From Catajapyx aquilonaris (taxonomy: Eukaryota), in contig JYFJ02002612.1 of NCBI GenBank assembly GCA_000934665.2, forward strand, positions 1 through 54,178: 54,178 nt of DNA, read 5' to 3'. Under the pieces are notes generated by a model. The model searched no databases and had not been told where the DNA came from. It saw only the letters and a program-made list of their open reading frames with translations. The first letter of the stretch is position 1. Every line of letters begins with the position of its first letter. Of this stretch, positions 13,522 to 28,041 are shown piece by piece. Both the position numbers and the translations under genes were made by a program.

Positions 13522-16500
13522 GTGAGTTGAATTTACCGGAAAAATAGTGGGGCATTGGGGGGGGGGGGTGCCTGGAATTCAATTACGGGGCGGTGTATTT
13601 ATCAAATAACCGTGGAACTCATTAGGATTTTTTTACCAGGGGGCAGGGATGCTCTCTGGAGAGTCTAGTCATCAAGTCTCATTTGGATGTCAGGATATTT
13701 TTTTCCTGGGGAATGGACTGTCCGGCGGGACAATATACAGCGGGACAATATAGGAGCTACTTCTCTTTTTTTGGGAGGACGGGAAGCGATATGACAACTG
13801 TGCGAGACGGCTGAGACTATTAATATGGCGTCATGTTCTATACAGACGATGGTTGTGTATTATCATATTGTCGTCTCTTTTTCGGACGAATAAACTGGCG
13901 GTTTTTTTTGTGTTATGTGATAATGCTTCAGTGTCGCTTCGCTTTGTCGTCAGTGTCCGGATGCGACATCAAAAGGCGGGCTGCAGAAATAGTGGCATGC
14001 GGCTTGATATTGGTGGTAGCCTGTTGACATGCGGTACATTGTAAGCTGATGTTTTTCATTGGAAGCCAAAAAGGGGATAAAGTAGTGCTAACAAAAGGGC
14101 TGACTCTATTTTGTGATCGATCAACGCTGATAGCGCGTATTAATTGCTGGCTAATGATACTAGCGTACTCTCTTTTTTGATCCCTGATTTTTTTTTGCGC
14201 GTGTATAAAAAACAGCGGTGTTTTCCAATTATTTGAAATTGAAACTGCAATATTGATCTTAGCTGATATCAGTTTTTGGTAATTTTTCTCACGTGGCCTT
14301 TAAAATGCGACAGATGGAATTTTCGCAAACTTTTTTTTCCTCTTCTTCTGCTCCGGCTGCTGTGCAGTCACACGGACTTTGAATAATGGAGGAACGTTAT
14401 GAAGAAGTCTGAGAGTTTGTTTGCCTTTAGATTCCGTGCCGGCGCATTCCAGAAGAGTGACATTATGAGTGTTGACATTCCGGAAGATTAATTCCAATCA
14501 ATGCAGACGACCTGAAATGTAGGGTGAGGCACTTTGCATGAAAGGCCTGCCTTTTCAGGGCGCATCAGAGTACCCCCCCGTAAAAGCAGCCAGGTATGAA
14601 TATGTCCCTCCGTAAATTAATTTGTGAACACAACCAATAAACTGTAGGTTCCACGCATGTGCAGGACCCCAACTTTGATGGCCACACGAGCAATGCAGCA
14701 AACCATTTTCCAATTTACGTGCTAGAGGTATAGAGAGATGGGACACTGACAGGAGGTATCAATTAGTAGCGTCCACTACACCCATTTTTAATGACTATTC
14801 ATTAATTGCCATTTTATTCTCTATGGCAATTAACGTTTATTTATTTACAACTGTACCTTGATTTAGGGGGACATGCATTGCAACGCGAATGTGTCATTAC
14901 AAACGTAACGCGCAACATACTGACCATTAATAATAATGTCCCTGATTGAATATTAAACACGGGATAGAGAGAACCTTGGGCCGAAGTAGGACAATGGCAA
15001 TGGAAGCCAGTTTGATTAGGTAGAAATGCGATGAAACTCTGTTTTCCCAACGGTGCCGCCGAACCGAAATGGTGCACTTGGCAGTCCAACTTACCGAAAA
15101 TGCTCACCTTATTCGCCTTTACGTGCACCCAAACTCATCTAGGAGGAGTCGATTCTCGATTCTTTTTGAGCTCGCCTTCACTGTGCATGCCACGTGGGAA
15201 ATTCGCCTAAGAGTACAGAAGAAAATCGACAACTCCCGGACGTATCTCTTGCTTGTGAGCAACCTTTTTTTTTAAAGCCCTCAAAGCTTTGATCTCACGT
15301 TGTTCTCTCTGGACGTGGGAAGTGATTTTTAAACCTCTGAGGTACCTGATAGCCATCATTTCAGGTGTAAACAAATCTATATGTTCTTTCAAGGCTTAAA
15401 GAATTTTTTACTAGTGCGCACCCACAATCGTGCAGTTTTATCCCCCCATCTAAGCGTAGTGTTGGAAATATGTGCAGCGGCAGAGCTTCCCAACTATCAT
15501 TGATAATGCCAACCGTTCACACTATGCCAACTGTGGTGCGCACTTGGTTGCGTTCGTGAAAAAATTCATCTATAGTGAGAGTTCCATCCCATAAAAATAG
15601 GCGAAAGGTACACATTTCATAGCAGCTGAAGACGACATCCCAAATTTCCTGGTAGTAGGAATAACACTTCCGCTCTTTTCCCATTCTGTCCTTATCCATT
15701 CGTATAAAAGATAGCAATTTTTCGTCTTGATTTGAAATCTGGACTCTTGCGGAGTACAGGATCTTTTTCCTCTCTCCCTCTTTTTTATAGGCGGTGAGAC
15801 TCGAGAGCAGGAAACCAACATGGTATCCTATCCAAGGGGGACTTTATAGCCTCCTTTCCAGTAGGCAATGGCCCCCACAATACCCAGTATTCGCTTAGAC
15901 CCCAACTTTTGACTTTGGCCCGGCTGGCGAAAGAGGAGCACCGGCTGGCGAAGGTGCCGATTTCCGACATCTGGCGAACTACCCTCGGAAATAACAGAGC
16001 TTGGGTGGGAGGGTGCCGGCGGGGAAATGGTCCTTTTTGACTAATTTATACGCTGGATCCCACTTCCTTCCAAGGAGCCGATATGAAACGGAGGAAACTT
16101 TCTTGGCAAAAGGTTTAATTCCTCTTTGGGCGAATAGTTGCCTCACTTTTTAATTTGCATTGACTCCAGGACTGTATCAGCTTAGGATAGGCACAAAAAA
16201 GGGGGGATTTGATTAATACTAATAAAATCCCGGTCCTAGTTGAGTGCGGATTCCTATTGAAACCGTTTAGACTCGAGGGTGAGAAAGAGAGGCGTTTCAC
16301 ACCAATTGCTTTCCTAAGGTAATTTTCTGCGAGTGGAAATCCGAGTGGATCGGAGTCGGGCTTGCTTCACATTTGCATGAGAGATGCTTCGACTGTGCTG
16401 CGTAGTCATAAAGAGTTGATAACAGCCAGGCAGAAATTAATGTCCGGACTTGATTATTCGCAATGAAGCAAAAGCTTAATTTTTTTTTTTGCGAAACGGG

Positions 16501-17261
16501 CATGCAAGAAAAATTATTTTGTACACGAGCGTACATGCATTTTTTGATATGTTAATTATTGTTCATTTCAAACGGAGGAAAAATGCGTGTGGTCGAATTA
16601 GCGGGGTTTTAAAACTCAGTAGTGAGCAGTATTCAGGTGTGGCTATTTTAATTGCACTTGCACTGAAGAGTATAATGAACGCTGCGTTTGAAAATTCCGT
16701 GAATAGTTCTCGAGCGGTGAAAAAGTAGGGCAATTGTCGCTTTGTGTAAACATGTGAATTATTTTTAAACCTTTAATTAACGGGCTTTCCAATAAACACG
16801 GTTTGTCCTACTCCTGCGCGCTCCAAATGGGCCCCTCCCGACCTGTTAAAACGTCACGCCGAAATACCACATGAAAACGCATTTGGTCACCTGGACTTCA
16901 TTATTCATCGGAACTAACCTGTTGTAGGAACACTCTGTTACATGTGCCATTGCCAGCTAATTCCGTATTGTCCCCGTCCGTCCCTCAATTAAAGTGTGGC
17001 TTCCCACCAAAAAATTACAGGCTAATTTAATCTATAATAATTTATATCTGTGGGTCAGATTTTAACAAAATAGTAATTTTCATATAAAATAATTTTTGTA
17101 ACCAGTAAATCTCCAATGAAGACTTGAGTCATTGACAATAGAGAACGAGAGACGACTTGGACGCACAACAGATGGCGTGCACGCAGAAAGCGCGGTTTTT
17201 CACTGCGCGCGCATCAGTTCTAACTCCGGATCAGATTTCTCTAAAATTTAGCACTCAAGCA

Positions 17262-17313
17262 AACTCTGGATAGTTCGAAGTTAGGAGCGTTCGAAGTACT
17301 AGTTTCCACTGTA
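17262..17313 (-). mobile_element. Possible relic end of a pogo/Tigger-like MITE
   Basis: Reverse complement starts TA-CAGTGGAAAC and contains repeated TTCGAA units, as in pogo-type termini. No partner TIR was seen. Confidence 0.3.
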
Positions 17314-20300
17314 TTTGATAAAATTAGTAATAAAATTTTGCTAGATTTTAGATACATTTTAGATACCATTTTCACAAAATGCTTGATAAATTTGTCATAA
17401 AAAATGTTCTTTAGTTGCTACAACATTGCCCTATGCAACCACACTTATCACTAGCAATAAAACAGTCCTCATCCATGTGCTTTACCACAGACACACATAA
17501 AACCAGTACTATCTTCATGACCCATGACCCACATATTTTTATTACAAAAGTGATAAGACGAGGCCAAATTCCTTTTCTCCATGCCCCAGGATTTGCTCGA
17601 CTTCCTTCGAAACGAAATGAAGGTTGACTACCAGTCCTGTGCGTAACCATGGGTTGGGAGATGGCCCGCGATAAATTGCAGGGGCAGGAACCGGGGGCCC
17701 AATTCGCAGCAAATCACGCAAAGATTTATCCCCGCCTCTTAGAGCCGTGATTGTCGCCTTGGGGGGAAACTCTGCTGCGGAATTCCCTCCACGGAGAAGC
17801 CTTCCAGAATTGCGGGCAAAAGAGAGCGATTTGTCGAGAGCTTGTCGCCCCAATTAGTTGCCTCCCAAGCCTGTCTTACTTGCCTCCCAATGCCAGGCAG
17901 ACTAGAATAAAGGTTGTAGCGGCGGTGTCGTCGGGGTGTCGTCACTCGCGACCTTTCATAAATCACTGACGGAGGAGGGGGGGTGCTGGGGTGAGAGGAG
18001 AGTGGGAGGGAAAAAGCCATGAGATTTGTTCCCCCGACTCGCACATTTCAGCTCCAATTAGAGAGAGCACGCCCTAACTTTTCGGCCTTAATTGGAAAAC
18101 TTGTGTACGGCATAATAATGATGCATGCTGTGGTATTTGTGCCGGTCGACACTATATATTGGCCATTTTTTTTTCATCAGACAATAAAAGTTTGTGGGTG
18201 GAATTATGAAACACCCTGTACTTTTTGATTGGCTTTTTTTCCTAGGTGTAGTTTCAACTCCGGCAGGGATTTAGTACTGCATAAAATATAGTAATTATGA
18301 GCTTGTTGCGTTATTGGATGATTTTATTAGTGCGAGTCTCGAGCTAATTTGTGACACAAAATATGCGATTTCATTATCTATATTTGATGTGGTTAGCAGG
18401 TGTGTACGGTACAGTAGGCGACATCACACAAGTTTGTGGTCCGGTGGCGTAATTAAATAAAAGCGCGCATAATGTAACGTCTGTTGATTTTATATTGTAA
18501 TGTGACGAGCTGATACTGTTTGTAGGAAAATTGATAACACCGCGTCTGCAATGAATTTTGTACAAATCCATTGCTTATGAAATCATGGAGCATACATTCA
18601 AATAAACTGTAAATTTAATAACCAAAATACAGTGTAGGCCAATTTTTGTGGGATGCGTTTCTGGAAAATGTGCTGTTGTCTCCTTGATTTTTTTTTACCT
18701 GGACAAATTTATAACGTATCCAGTGAAGCTTAGCCAGATGACTGCAATTAATCAAACGCTCATTCTGCGCACAGTAAATAGTATTTATTTTTAGACACCC
18801 ACCAGCAGTGCTGCGGTTGCTGATAGAACTTGCCACAAAAATATGCACAATGTAGCCCCACCCAACTTCGAAAGGGAATAGTTGATGGCGATACCAGAAA
18901 GTACACAGGGCCGTAACAAGGCCGTTAATTCTACACTACACGGCACACGTATAGCCGCTAGTTAATTACCACCTTTAGCATGTAAATGGAAAACATCCCC
19001 TTTGCACGATAACACTTGCGCGCCTTTGCACATTTGTGTTGAAAAGACCCCCGTTGTGTTGTTGTCCCGTAATAGTTTCCCACGACGAATCAGTGTGAGT
19101 GAAGCACGTTCATCGGTCCGATGCGCTGCGTAAACACGAACGTATGATACAGCACACCGGTTCTCACCGCAAGTCAATATTTTATGCGGCGGGACCCGTA
19201 TCTGAAACGCTGGACTCGTGTGTGTGTATGTGACGGTTATGATAATATGTTATTATTTGCCGTCCACATATACAGTGATTATGGTTGCCACGGGCCTATT
19301 TAATGCGGATGTTTTTATTTTTTCACCCCCCCTGAAAAGCAGATTTCGATCAGGAGCGAAATACCTGCTGGCCCCTTTTGTACAGACCTGTCGAATGAGC
19401 TTTTCATTCAAGCTTCTATCCCCGTCAGCTCGGGTTTGAAAATCGAATTGCATTTATTTTCAGGCTGCACTGTTTCATTACTATTGTACTACACCGCATC
19501 CGGCTAGTTCGCCCAACTACCATTGTAATGCTGTAATGCACTGCATTAATAGAGTTGTATAACGTGAATGCAAATCAGTCGTACATGAAAGTTCAGTATC
19601 GACACACTGCAACCCTCGTACTTATTGTTCTCCATTTTACCTTCATTGGGTTACAGATACATAAAATAGGTACAGTACGTGACCTGTGGACTTTTGTTAC
19701 CAAGCCTGAAAATAATATGAAAATCGTTAGCTGCCATAAAAATTGACAAAACGTTGAATATTTTTAGTAATATGGCTGGTCAGTGAATGTAATGTAAAAT
19801 ATGACCAGTATTATGCTTTTCATTGCCCAATAACCAAAAACGGCTGTACCCACAGCCAATTGACCCACCAAGGTGGTCAGTTAGCCTGGCCAAGTGAGTC
19901 AATTGACCACCCCATATTTCTTGGTGTAACATATACAATAATCCAATCAAATATGAATCCGCTCTGGAATCCTTATTCTGCTTAATTTCTATCTGTAGAA
20001 CCTACAGTAGATATTACATTCCTGTCCATTTTTCATCCCAAACTTTGTGTGCTTGATTCCTGGCTGCTCATTTGCTAGCTGGTAAGTCTGAAATGCGATT
20101 CGTGCAGTCGTCTTCAGGGATGCATTTGGGAGTCAAGACGGGGACAAAGCGAGTGGGGTAGCAAGGTAGTGGTAGTAATCTGCGCCGTTTACTCATTCCG
20201 ATTTGGAGGAGTAATGCGAAGGCGGGTCCCAACAGACAAATCCAAGCTGACTCATCAGGGAGGATGTTTCATCCTGAATTACAAGCCGTCTCTGGGCTGT

Positions 20301-22093
20301 AGCCGGGCGTCTATCCCGATCCATTTGAATGAACGAGATTTCTGTCTAATGCCTGCTGCTTGCTTGCTAGCCTGTCTCTCTAGAAGCTCAATCAATAGGC
20401 GCGACTTTAATCCTCCCAGCTCTTGCCTTCATTAATACCGGATTTCTTGACACTAACTCGACTCTTAAGAAATTCGGGTTTGCGAAATGAGCACTAGCGG
20501 AAAAGCGTCGAAGCTGCGCCAATTAGTAGGCGCCATGACGGATGACGCGTGTCAGGATATCATTTCCGACTTCTCTGCAAAAATTGAGCCAATTTTTGCA
20601 ACGGGGAACGTTGCCAGTTTAATGCCAGGAGCTCTCTAATTGAAGCCAGGAGCCACGAGAGACAAATAGCGTGTTGTTGGGTATCCAGGAAGATATCATG
20701 GCCGGATGCATCTATTCGGATGGAATGAGTCTGAATGGTTATTGACTGCTGATTGGAATATTTTCGAGTTAATTGAACACTCGTTCGGCAGATGCGAGAT
20801 CCGGAGATTAAATGCCTAGCTTGCACACCCAAATAGGCTTCGGGTTTGAAATTAGAGTTGTCAGATTCAGAATCGTGTATTATTAGCTGACTTGCTCTGA
20901 ATTTTTGATCATGTGTAAACCAATGCATGTCGATACCAATTTGGGAATGTGTACAATTCAAGAATGTGGCAGTGTTTTAATATCTGCATATGAGCTGTTT
21001 TTGGCGAGTTAGGACCGCAATGTGGCAAAAGACGTGAATGTCAAAATAGCCATGGGCGTGAGTACAGGATAAGCATCAGTGCAATTAAGCCTAATAAGCC
21101 CTAATTATTAGCCAACGAATAATTGGATTATTCTAAATAAAATGCAAATATAAAATGTCTGTACTCACTACTGTTTATTTGACCATGCAGTGTCTCTTCA
21201 GTACGTCCAGCCTGGCCTTAATTAACTACAGTAGTGTGCTCATCTTATATTGGCAATGCATTTATTTGCATCCAAATGGACCTTACCGACTGAGCTTTGT
21301 ATTCACAAGAGCCCCGCCGGAATGTGCAAGCATGAATAATTCATTTCATGTGAAACAATGATCAGGAGGAACTTTCCCGATTGCGGATTGGTCCTTCGAA
21401 GGTATACACTTGTTCAAAAATTAAGCCAGACTTTTGTGCGTGGATAAAAAGACGTGAATGCGGTCACCTCACTGAAAGGACCGCAAAAAAAGTTTGAGCA
21501 TTTTCAGAGAGAGGTCGATATTTCGAAGATGATTGGATTCTTTACCGTACAATAGGATTCCCTCCCAGCCTTCCCATTGACTCTCATGAAAGTTCCATCA
21601 ACTCCCCCGATCCTTTTGTTTGTGATTCACACTATACCTTATTGGAGGCCAAGAGTAGGGTGGTAAGAGCCTTTCCAAGACGAGAGATTTCCATTCCTCT
21701 TTGGCAGATAATGCTGACTTTTTTGACCGCATTTTTCAGGTCGTTCGCACCATTTTTTGCTATTTTCTCTTGAATAGTGGCGAATCTTGTCAACCGGAAA
21801 TTGTGTTGCTATGCCCGAAAGCTGTCCAATGTCCTCGACCTGCCTAAATATTCATACGTTGTGTATACAGTGTAGTGGATAATATGGGGCCCTGTACCTT
21901 CATGTAATGCAAAAATGCGGGGTTGTAGTATGGTCCGTGAATTCAAGTGCACACCTGCAAGTAATTATTGCTAGGGGGCTGTATTTCCACCCCAGCACAT
22001 ATATTATCCGAGTACGGATTTCAGGGCCCGGATATTATGTGCCCACGGTACCTTCATTTGCATAACAACTCATGTTTTTCGATTTTATTCCAG

Positions 22094-22255
22094 TGGTGAT
22101 GCAGCCGTACGAGATCCAAGTGTACGACGCGTACATAATCAGGGGAAACACGGCAGTGCTCAAGTGCGATGTGCCAAGTTTCATCAGAGACTACCTCACT
22201 GTGATTTCCTGGGTCCAGGATGCCACCTTCAACATATATCCTTCCACCGACAGAG
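22094..22255 (+). CDS. Dscam: Dscam exon 3: N-half of Ig2 (equivalent of insect Dscam1 exon 4)
   Basis: ttattccag| ... GAG|GTAAC, 162 nt, phase 1-1. Encodes VVMQPYEIQVYDAYIIRGNTAVLKCDVPSFIRDYLTVISWVQDATFNIYPSTDR. Confidence 0.97.
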
Positions 22256-25200
22256 GTAACATTTTTTCCCCTCCAGTTCAGCAATGCACTTTGAAATCAA
22301 ACCAGCAATTTTCTATACCTAGGATAGATGCAGCCCTTCCCTAGAAATGCATCCAATCTAATGGAGTTGTCTGCTGGGGGTTCACATGCATTACGTTCCG
22401 ACTAATTTACGGAGCGTTTTTTCCAGATAAATCCTTTACTTCTTTCCGTGTTCATATCCATTTTCAGATCGATTTATTGCTCCCGAAGATTACAAAAGGG
22501 GAAAAAACCGTGCCTTTCTGCCTTCTTCATAAAAGGTTCACTTCCTTTTGAACTACGAAATATCGAGAGCACCTTGAACGTTTCTTATTGACCACACCAT
22601 GGTAGTTTTTTTATATCCTGCCCCTTACCTTCAGTGCATAAGTGAGATGTCAAAGTGGCTCCAAGTTCTGACCGACTCTCCGGAGATTGCAGGAATCTCC
22701 GTGGCTTTGGAAACTTTTATGGAGGTCCTGATTCTGGCAGGTCGAAAGCCTGTCGCTTTTTCTCTCCATATCTGACTCTTCTCTACCATCGGTCCGACCT
22801 AGTAGGCCACTTTTGAAAATGAACATGCGAACTGGAGAAGGTGCACGAGTTTTGACAGTTGGAGATGTGACCTCTGGTGCAAAGTGTGCTCGATATATCG
22901 CAAAATCAAAGTATGTTTCCAAGCACTATAAATAAGTAAGTCTGAATCGAAATCACTGCAATAGCATCAGTTCAATCTAGTTAATAGGATGAAAGTGCAC
23001 TTTTGACGCCCGGTGAGGGCTTGGAAATTTGCACGACAGCAGTTATGCGACGCGTGCATTATAGGCCGGTCGTTTGCGCAATTCAGTAGTTATTCATGTG
23101 GTTCCGGCTGCTTGAAAAGGGAAAATGGCGAGGGCTGATCGGTACTTTGTATAGCTCTGAAACAATGTTTGAGTTATCTACCCGGGGAAATGTGTCTCTC
23201 TTTTTAGCCGTGGTCTGACTGCAATTGTGTTATCTCAGGATACGAGTTACTAGATAATGGTTGGAACAAAACGGGGGCAGTGATTTTTGATCCAATTGAC
23301 ATTGGAGGAAAGTCAAACATGTTGAGGAGGAAGCAATGCCACTTTAAACAGTACATTATTCCGAAATTATGAGAAAAGGGAAATAGAATTGATTTCCTTT
23401 TCTTCAGAGACTTTGCGGAAATTTGCTGTGGAGGTTGAAACGGGAAGCAGATGACATTCGGGAGATAAAGGCCTTTCTATTGGCACGAATGAAGCGCCTG
23501 CATTGCCCTGGGCATTCATTTTCTTTCCCTTTATCTTCCGAGGCGATCAAGTAAAAAGTTGCCCGGATAGGAACAAAAAGCAAGTGACTTGGGTCTGCCA
23601 AATAATGGCGATTGGGTTTTTGCAAGTCCTCCAAAAAAGGGGGCGAAATCTAACCCCCCCTCCGCTGCACTTTTCTTCAGTAAAAGTTTTGCAAGTCTAG
23701 GCATATCGCCGAGGCAATTTACCGTCACATATACTCCTACATGAAAATTCCATTAGTAGGACGGAGGTAGTGAGACGGATTTTTTCCCATCGGTTTCTCT
23801 GGTACATGAGGGACGACAAGTTGTTCGGTAGGCTAGATGCTCGCCAAAAAGTTTCAACTTTCAAGAAAAATATGGGAATGGCTTTTTTGGGAAGATGTGT
23901 CTCTTTTTGCTAGAGTGAATTTGAGTGAGTCGGAGTCATATAACCTGCGTTACTGCCGACTTTTTTTTCTTCTAGTGAGGTTGCAAATTGAATGAAAATA
24001 GTGTCCGTTATCTCGTGGGTTAGGAGACTTCTTTTGTAGCGATTGACAAAAAAAATGGGGAGAGCAATTAAATTCTTGTGTCTTCGTAAAATCAGCTTTT
24101 ACAGTCTGGGCGTCATTGACGAGAAAAAAGGGGGGTTTTAGTACCAGCGGATCGTAAAGTTCTAAAAGTCATTTTGCAGGTTTCGCCGAGTGCTATAAAA
24201 ATAGGCGGAAAGAGTCACTTTAATTCTGCATTCTCAGAGTGACTAGAATTTGTAATATCCAGCCAAAACTTTGTTGTTCAAAATAAAAATTTTCTGACGA
24301 TCTTACCTGGCGTAGTGGTTGAAAAAAAAAAGTTTCTGCATATTAAAAACGAGTGGAAGTACGTAGTTTGCGAGGCAGAAATTTCATCTGGTTAATAATA
24401 ATTAGTCTGGCATGGAAAAATTACCCATGCATAATTATGCAACTTTTTCTCGAATGCTGGTTCAATATTATGAGTTGAATATTTGCATACATTTCACCTT
24501 TTCTTGTTATATTCACGTAGCGTCACGGTCCGATAAGTTTGATATATCATAGTCATATGCATATCTACCTAGTGACACTGACGCATTATAGTCCCATTAT
24601 AGGCTGACACATCCATTGCTGAGTTCAGCCAGTATAAATCTTACTTTTCGCTGGCTTTCCATATAATATCTTTTAATGCAAGTTGCCCTCGGAGGCGCTT
24701 TAAAGTTCTTAAAGTATTAAAATCCCCTTTAAATTTCTCCTGACAACCTAGTGCTTTTGGCTCGTTAGACAATGTGAAGGTGTGGCAACGAAATGTAGTC
24801 CAACCTCACGACATTACTTCATAACGCGATCATAATTATGCATGATTCCCGCCAGGGCTTTCAGGAGACTCAGGTGTTGTTATTTTTAACGGCGCCTTAT
24901 TCTCAAGCGGTCTATTTTCTAACATTCTGACATGTAGGTTGCTCCAAGAATAGCACCGTAATTATCATGCGAACAAAGTTGCAGAAACTGCAGGTTGAAT
25001 TCCATTAAAGGGAGGAAAGTTGGCCACTCTAGAGACTTTGCAGAAAGCCAGTAAACATTGTAGGAGTGAGGTTGTGTGGGGGGGAGGGGGTTAGTGAAGG
25101 GGGTTTTCTGTTTGCACCAGCACCACCTCGCCTCCTGGGCAGAGGAAACAACACGACTTGTTTTGCTGTGAGGTAACCCACATTCTCAAAGTCTGATTGA

Positions 25201-25719
25201 AGACTTGTCTGGAGCATATTGACCCTGTGGGAAAAAAACAAGGGGCTTATGACTAGGCCTGCCAAAATGTTAAATTATCAAAGTCGAATTTTTGTCCAAA
25301 TTGATGCGTATGATCATGTCCTGCAATCAGTTAGAATAATATTGGACAATTTGTATGTAAATCATTGTGCGGATTGATGTAAATTTGTGATATGTTTACG
25401 TCTCAGCACTGTCGCTCGGGGAAATGTAATGACCCCTGTGTGAAAATGTAATGCGCATCTGTCCCATTGATCTTAAACCTATTGTTTTTCCATGATCCCT
25501 TGAGAAAGGAGAGCTCTAAAGTCGCGATCCTCTCCAATAATTGATGGACTGATTTATAATTTACTATTGTTCTTTCGCAGCACTGGAAAACGCTCCGACG
25601 CACCACTTGTAAAACTGTCTGCTCCAAAAAAAAAGTGTGGCAATACCTTCTGACCTTTTGTCCTCCGCTTCTTAACTGTTGTCACATTAACCTTCCAAAC
25701 ATTATCGTCTCTTTCACAG

Positions 25720-25875
25720 TATCTGACTCCAAATACCTCATGCTTCCCTCCGGAGAACTGCACGTCTTGAACGTGACTCCGGCCGATGGCTACAAGACTT
25801 TTCGGTGCCGCACTTTGCACAAACTCACCGACGAGACCAAAGTGAGTGCCACGGCTGGGAAGATAATTGTCGGAG
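25720..25875 (+). CDS. Dscam: Dscam exon 4: C-half of Ig2
   Basis: ctttcacag| ... GAG|GTAAG, phase 1-1. Encodes SDSKYLMLPSGELHVLNVTPADGYKTFRCRTLHKLTDETKVSATAGKIIVG. Confidence 0.97.
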
Positions 25876-27923
25876 GTAAGCACTCAAATCGTCTTCTTAT
25901 ACTCCCTTCCTCTCTCCCACCTTCCAAAATTTATGGCTCGAAATGAGCCGGTTCGAGAATTAGGCTTGGCGGAGAACCACCGCTATCTCGATCCCCACTC
26001 TCTGAATATTTAATTGGGGCCGAGATGTTTTTAATGCGGATTAGAAGGCATGATTAGAACGAGCGGGGTTAATGAGGGAAGCCAACAAAGTAGCTCCAAT
26101 ACAAACACGCTTTTATAGGACATTGTCAAGTGCAAGTCGAGCAAGATAATTATGTAAAAAAAAAGTTTTGGTACTGAGAACATGTCCAGGCTATTGTGAA
26201 AGGTGTAAATGTGTCATCATCAGAGTGTGCCTGGAGGAGACAAAAAGGAATCCGTGAGTCCGAGAAGACTACGAAGATTACATTGGAGGCAGGAGTAAGC
26301 GCGGAACAAAGAAATCACTCTCCAAATAGTGGTATGAAGTGGCTTTGGCCCAACTCCAAGGGAAGTGAAGAGATGATCATTTGAGCCTGAGGAGGAAAAC
26401 AACATTTAGAAGCTAGAGGAACTTTCTCCTGAGGAGAAAAGAGAGGAATGCATGTGATTTGTGCCTCTTGGAAACAGTTTTTTTGTGCCCCCCTTCTCTC
26501 TTGCATACTATGGGATGCAGACGAATTGAATTTTCCTTATGAAATTCCATGTCTGAAACGATCAATACTTTTGCACCATGCAAAGATTCGGGCTCAGCTG
26601 TCAACAAGTAGCTGCACTAATCAAAACCATGCAGCACGAACAACTTTCAAGCTTAATTATGCTAAATGGCTTGCAGTACCTGACACTGACACTGTTCAAC
26701 GGCACCTGAATGTCCCCATTTTTCTTCCCCAACTGTGCAACGAGCCAGCCGAAACATGGGCTTTAAAAAATGTCAGTCGGAAGGAACATTATTTTGTGAA
26801 AGTCAATAAAGGGCGCAGTGTATATAGCTGGGCGCGTCCGGCCGGCGGGACATTATGTTGTTGAAATAGGATCGGAAGGCATGGGCGGAGAGACCAGAGG
26901 GCCCAGAAATTGAAACCCGGCTGTCAGATTTGGGGGATAGCGGGGAAGCCATTTCAGAAAATGAAGCAGATGTACTGCACTGTAGTAAACCGATCCGGAA
27001 AGGTTATTTAGGAGTGAAAAAAAAAATTGTAGGCCCATCTCCCCCAAGCCGGTATCCCATCTCCCTATCCAATATTGTGGAAAAATGGCGAATCTCCCTT
27101 CGGGCAAATTCCTCTTCTCGCATGTCAATAGCCTGAAGGTAAGGGAAGCAAACAGAGAGGATGCTCCCCCCAGCTAGGAATGGAAGGAAGATGTGTCTGT
27201 TCCTTGGCTTCCTCCGCATCAAAGATCGGCCCATGCAACATGCGCTTTTGCTGACGAAAAGAGGAAACAAGAAATCGGGAAGGAAAGAAAAAAAAACGGA
27301 GAAGAATGGAAAGCGCATGCCGAGACTGTTGAAATCACCGTTTTATTGAAAAGGGTCTCTTTTGTGCTTGGGCTCCCTCGATATGGCGTTGTATTTCTCT
27401 TTTATCTGTGCGATGGGACCTGCTTTGTCTGGAGGGCTTTTTCTTCGCCGGAGTACCAATGTCTACCCCCCATACCTTCCTTCTTTTTTTTTGGGGGGGG
27501 GGGGCCTGCATACAGGACGGTCGTTCTTTTTCCAGTTCCTTTGAACGCGTTTCACAGGGAACGGTTGTTATTACCAGATGAACGGATCATGATTGCGTGC
27601 ATTCGGCTGGGGACTAGGATTTATCGGACTGTAAGCTTCCGTAATAAGCTTTCCTCTTACAGTGCAGTTTTGCTTTCAAAAAAAAACGGTGATTCTTACG
27701 TAAGCCGGCAAGTAGTGTCACTAAATAAAATTCTGTTGCTAGTGAGATTAACTAGAGTAGTAAAAGCAAGGTAGGATTTTAATTAGGGTAAGCCGGTTAT
27801 TCACAGTGGTGAAGAAGCCGCACTGGAATGATTCAAACCCCCAGCACACATGGCCAGGGCTCGTTCGCTAATGAGACAAATTATCTACTTGTATCAGCGG
27901 ATTCCTGCCTCTCTTTTTGACAG

Positions 27924-28041
27924 ATCCGCCGGGTCCGGTGTCACCACGGATAGTCGACAAGGCTTCAGTGGTAATTGGAAAGCGAGGAGAAGACGTGGTC
28001 ATCCCTTGCGTCGGACAGGGAAATCCTTTGCCTGTCTACAG
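27924..28041 (+). CDS. Dscam: Dscam exon 5: N-half of Ig3 (equivalent of insect Dscam1 exon 6)
   Basis: ctctttttgacag| ... CAG|GTGAGT, 118 nt, phase 1-2. Encodes DPPGPVSPRIVDKASVVIGKRGEDVVIPCVGQGNPLPVYR. Found by manual translation; not in the ORF track in this frame. Confidence 0.95.

Noticed and set aside
15920..15978. Repeated ccggctggcgaa units (a similar short pair gcgggacaatata lies at 13725-13752)
   Set aside because: Only 2-3 short copies with irregular spacing; not CRISPR-like and most likely decayed transposon subterminal repeats.
18235..18251. ttttttcctag|gtgtag as a recursive splice site in intron 2
   Set aside because: The regenerated donor is poor and nothing beyond its position supports it.
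19999..20081. Exon-like unit with a strong CTG|GTAAGT donor in intron 2
   Set aside because: All nearby acceptors give frame-shifting lengths, there is an in-frame stop and there is no Ig2 homology, so it is not an alternative exon-4 variant.
26423..26439. Palindrome tttctcct-g-aggagaaa
   Set aside because: 8-bp arms are expected by chance in 54 kb and no associated element was seen.
27193..27774. Longest non-Dscam ORFs (193 aa here, 183 aa at 6042-6593)
   Set aside because: They run through homopolymer and low-complexity intronic sequence with no recognisable domain; treated as chance ORFs like the rest of the track.
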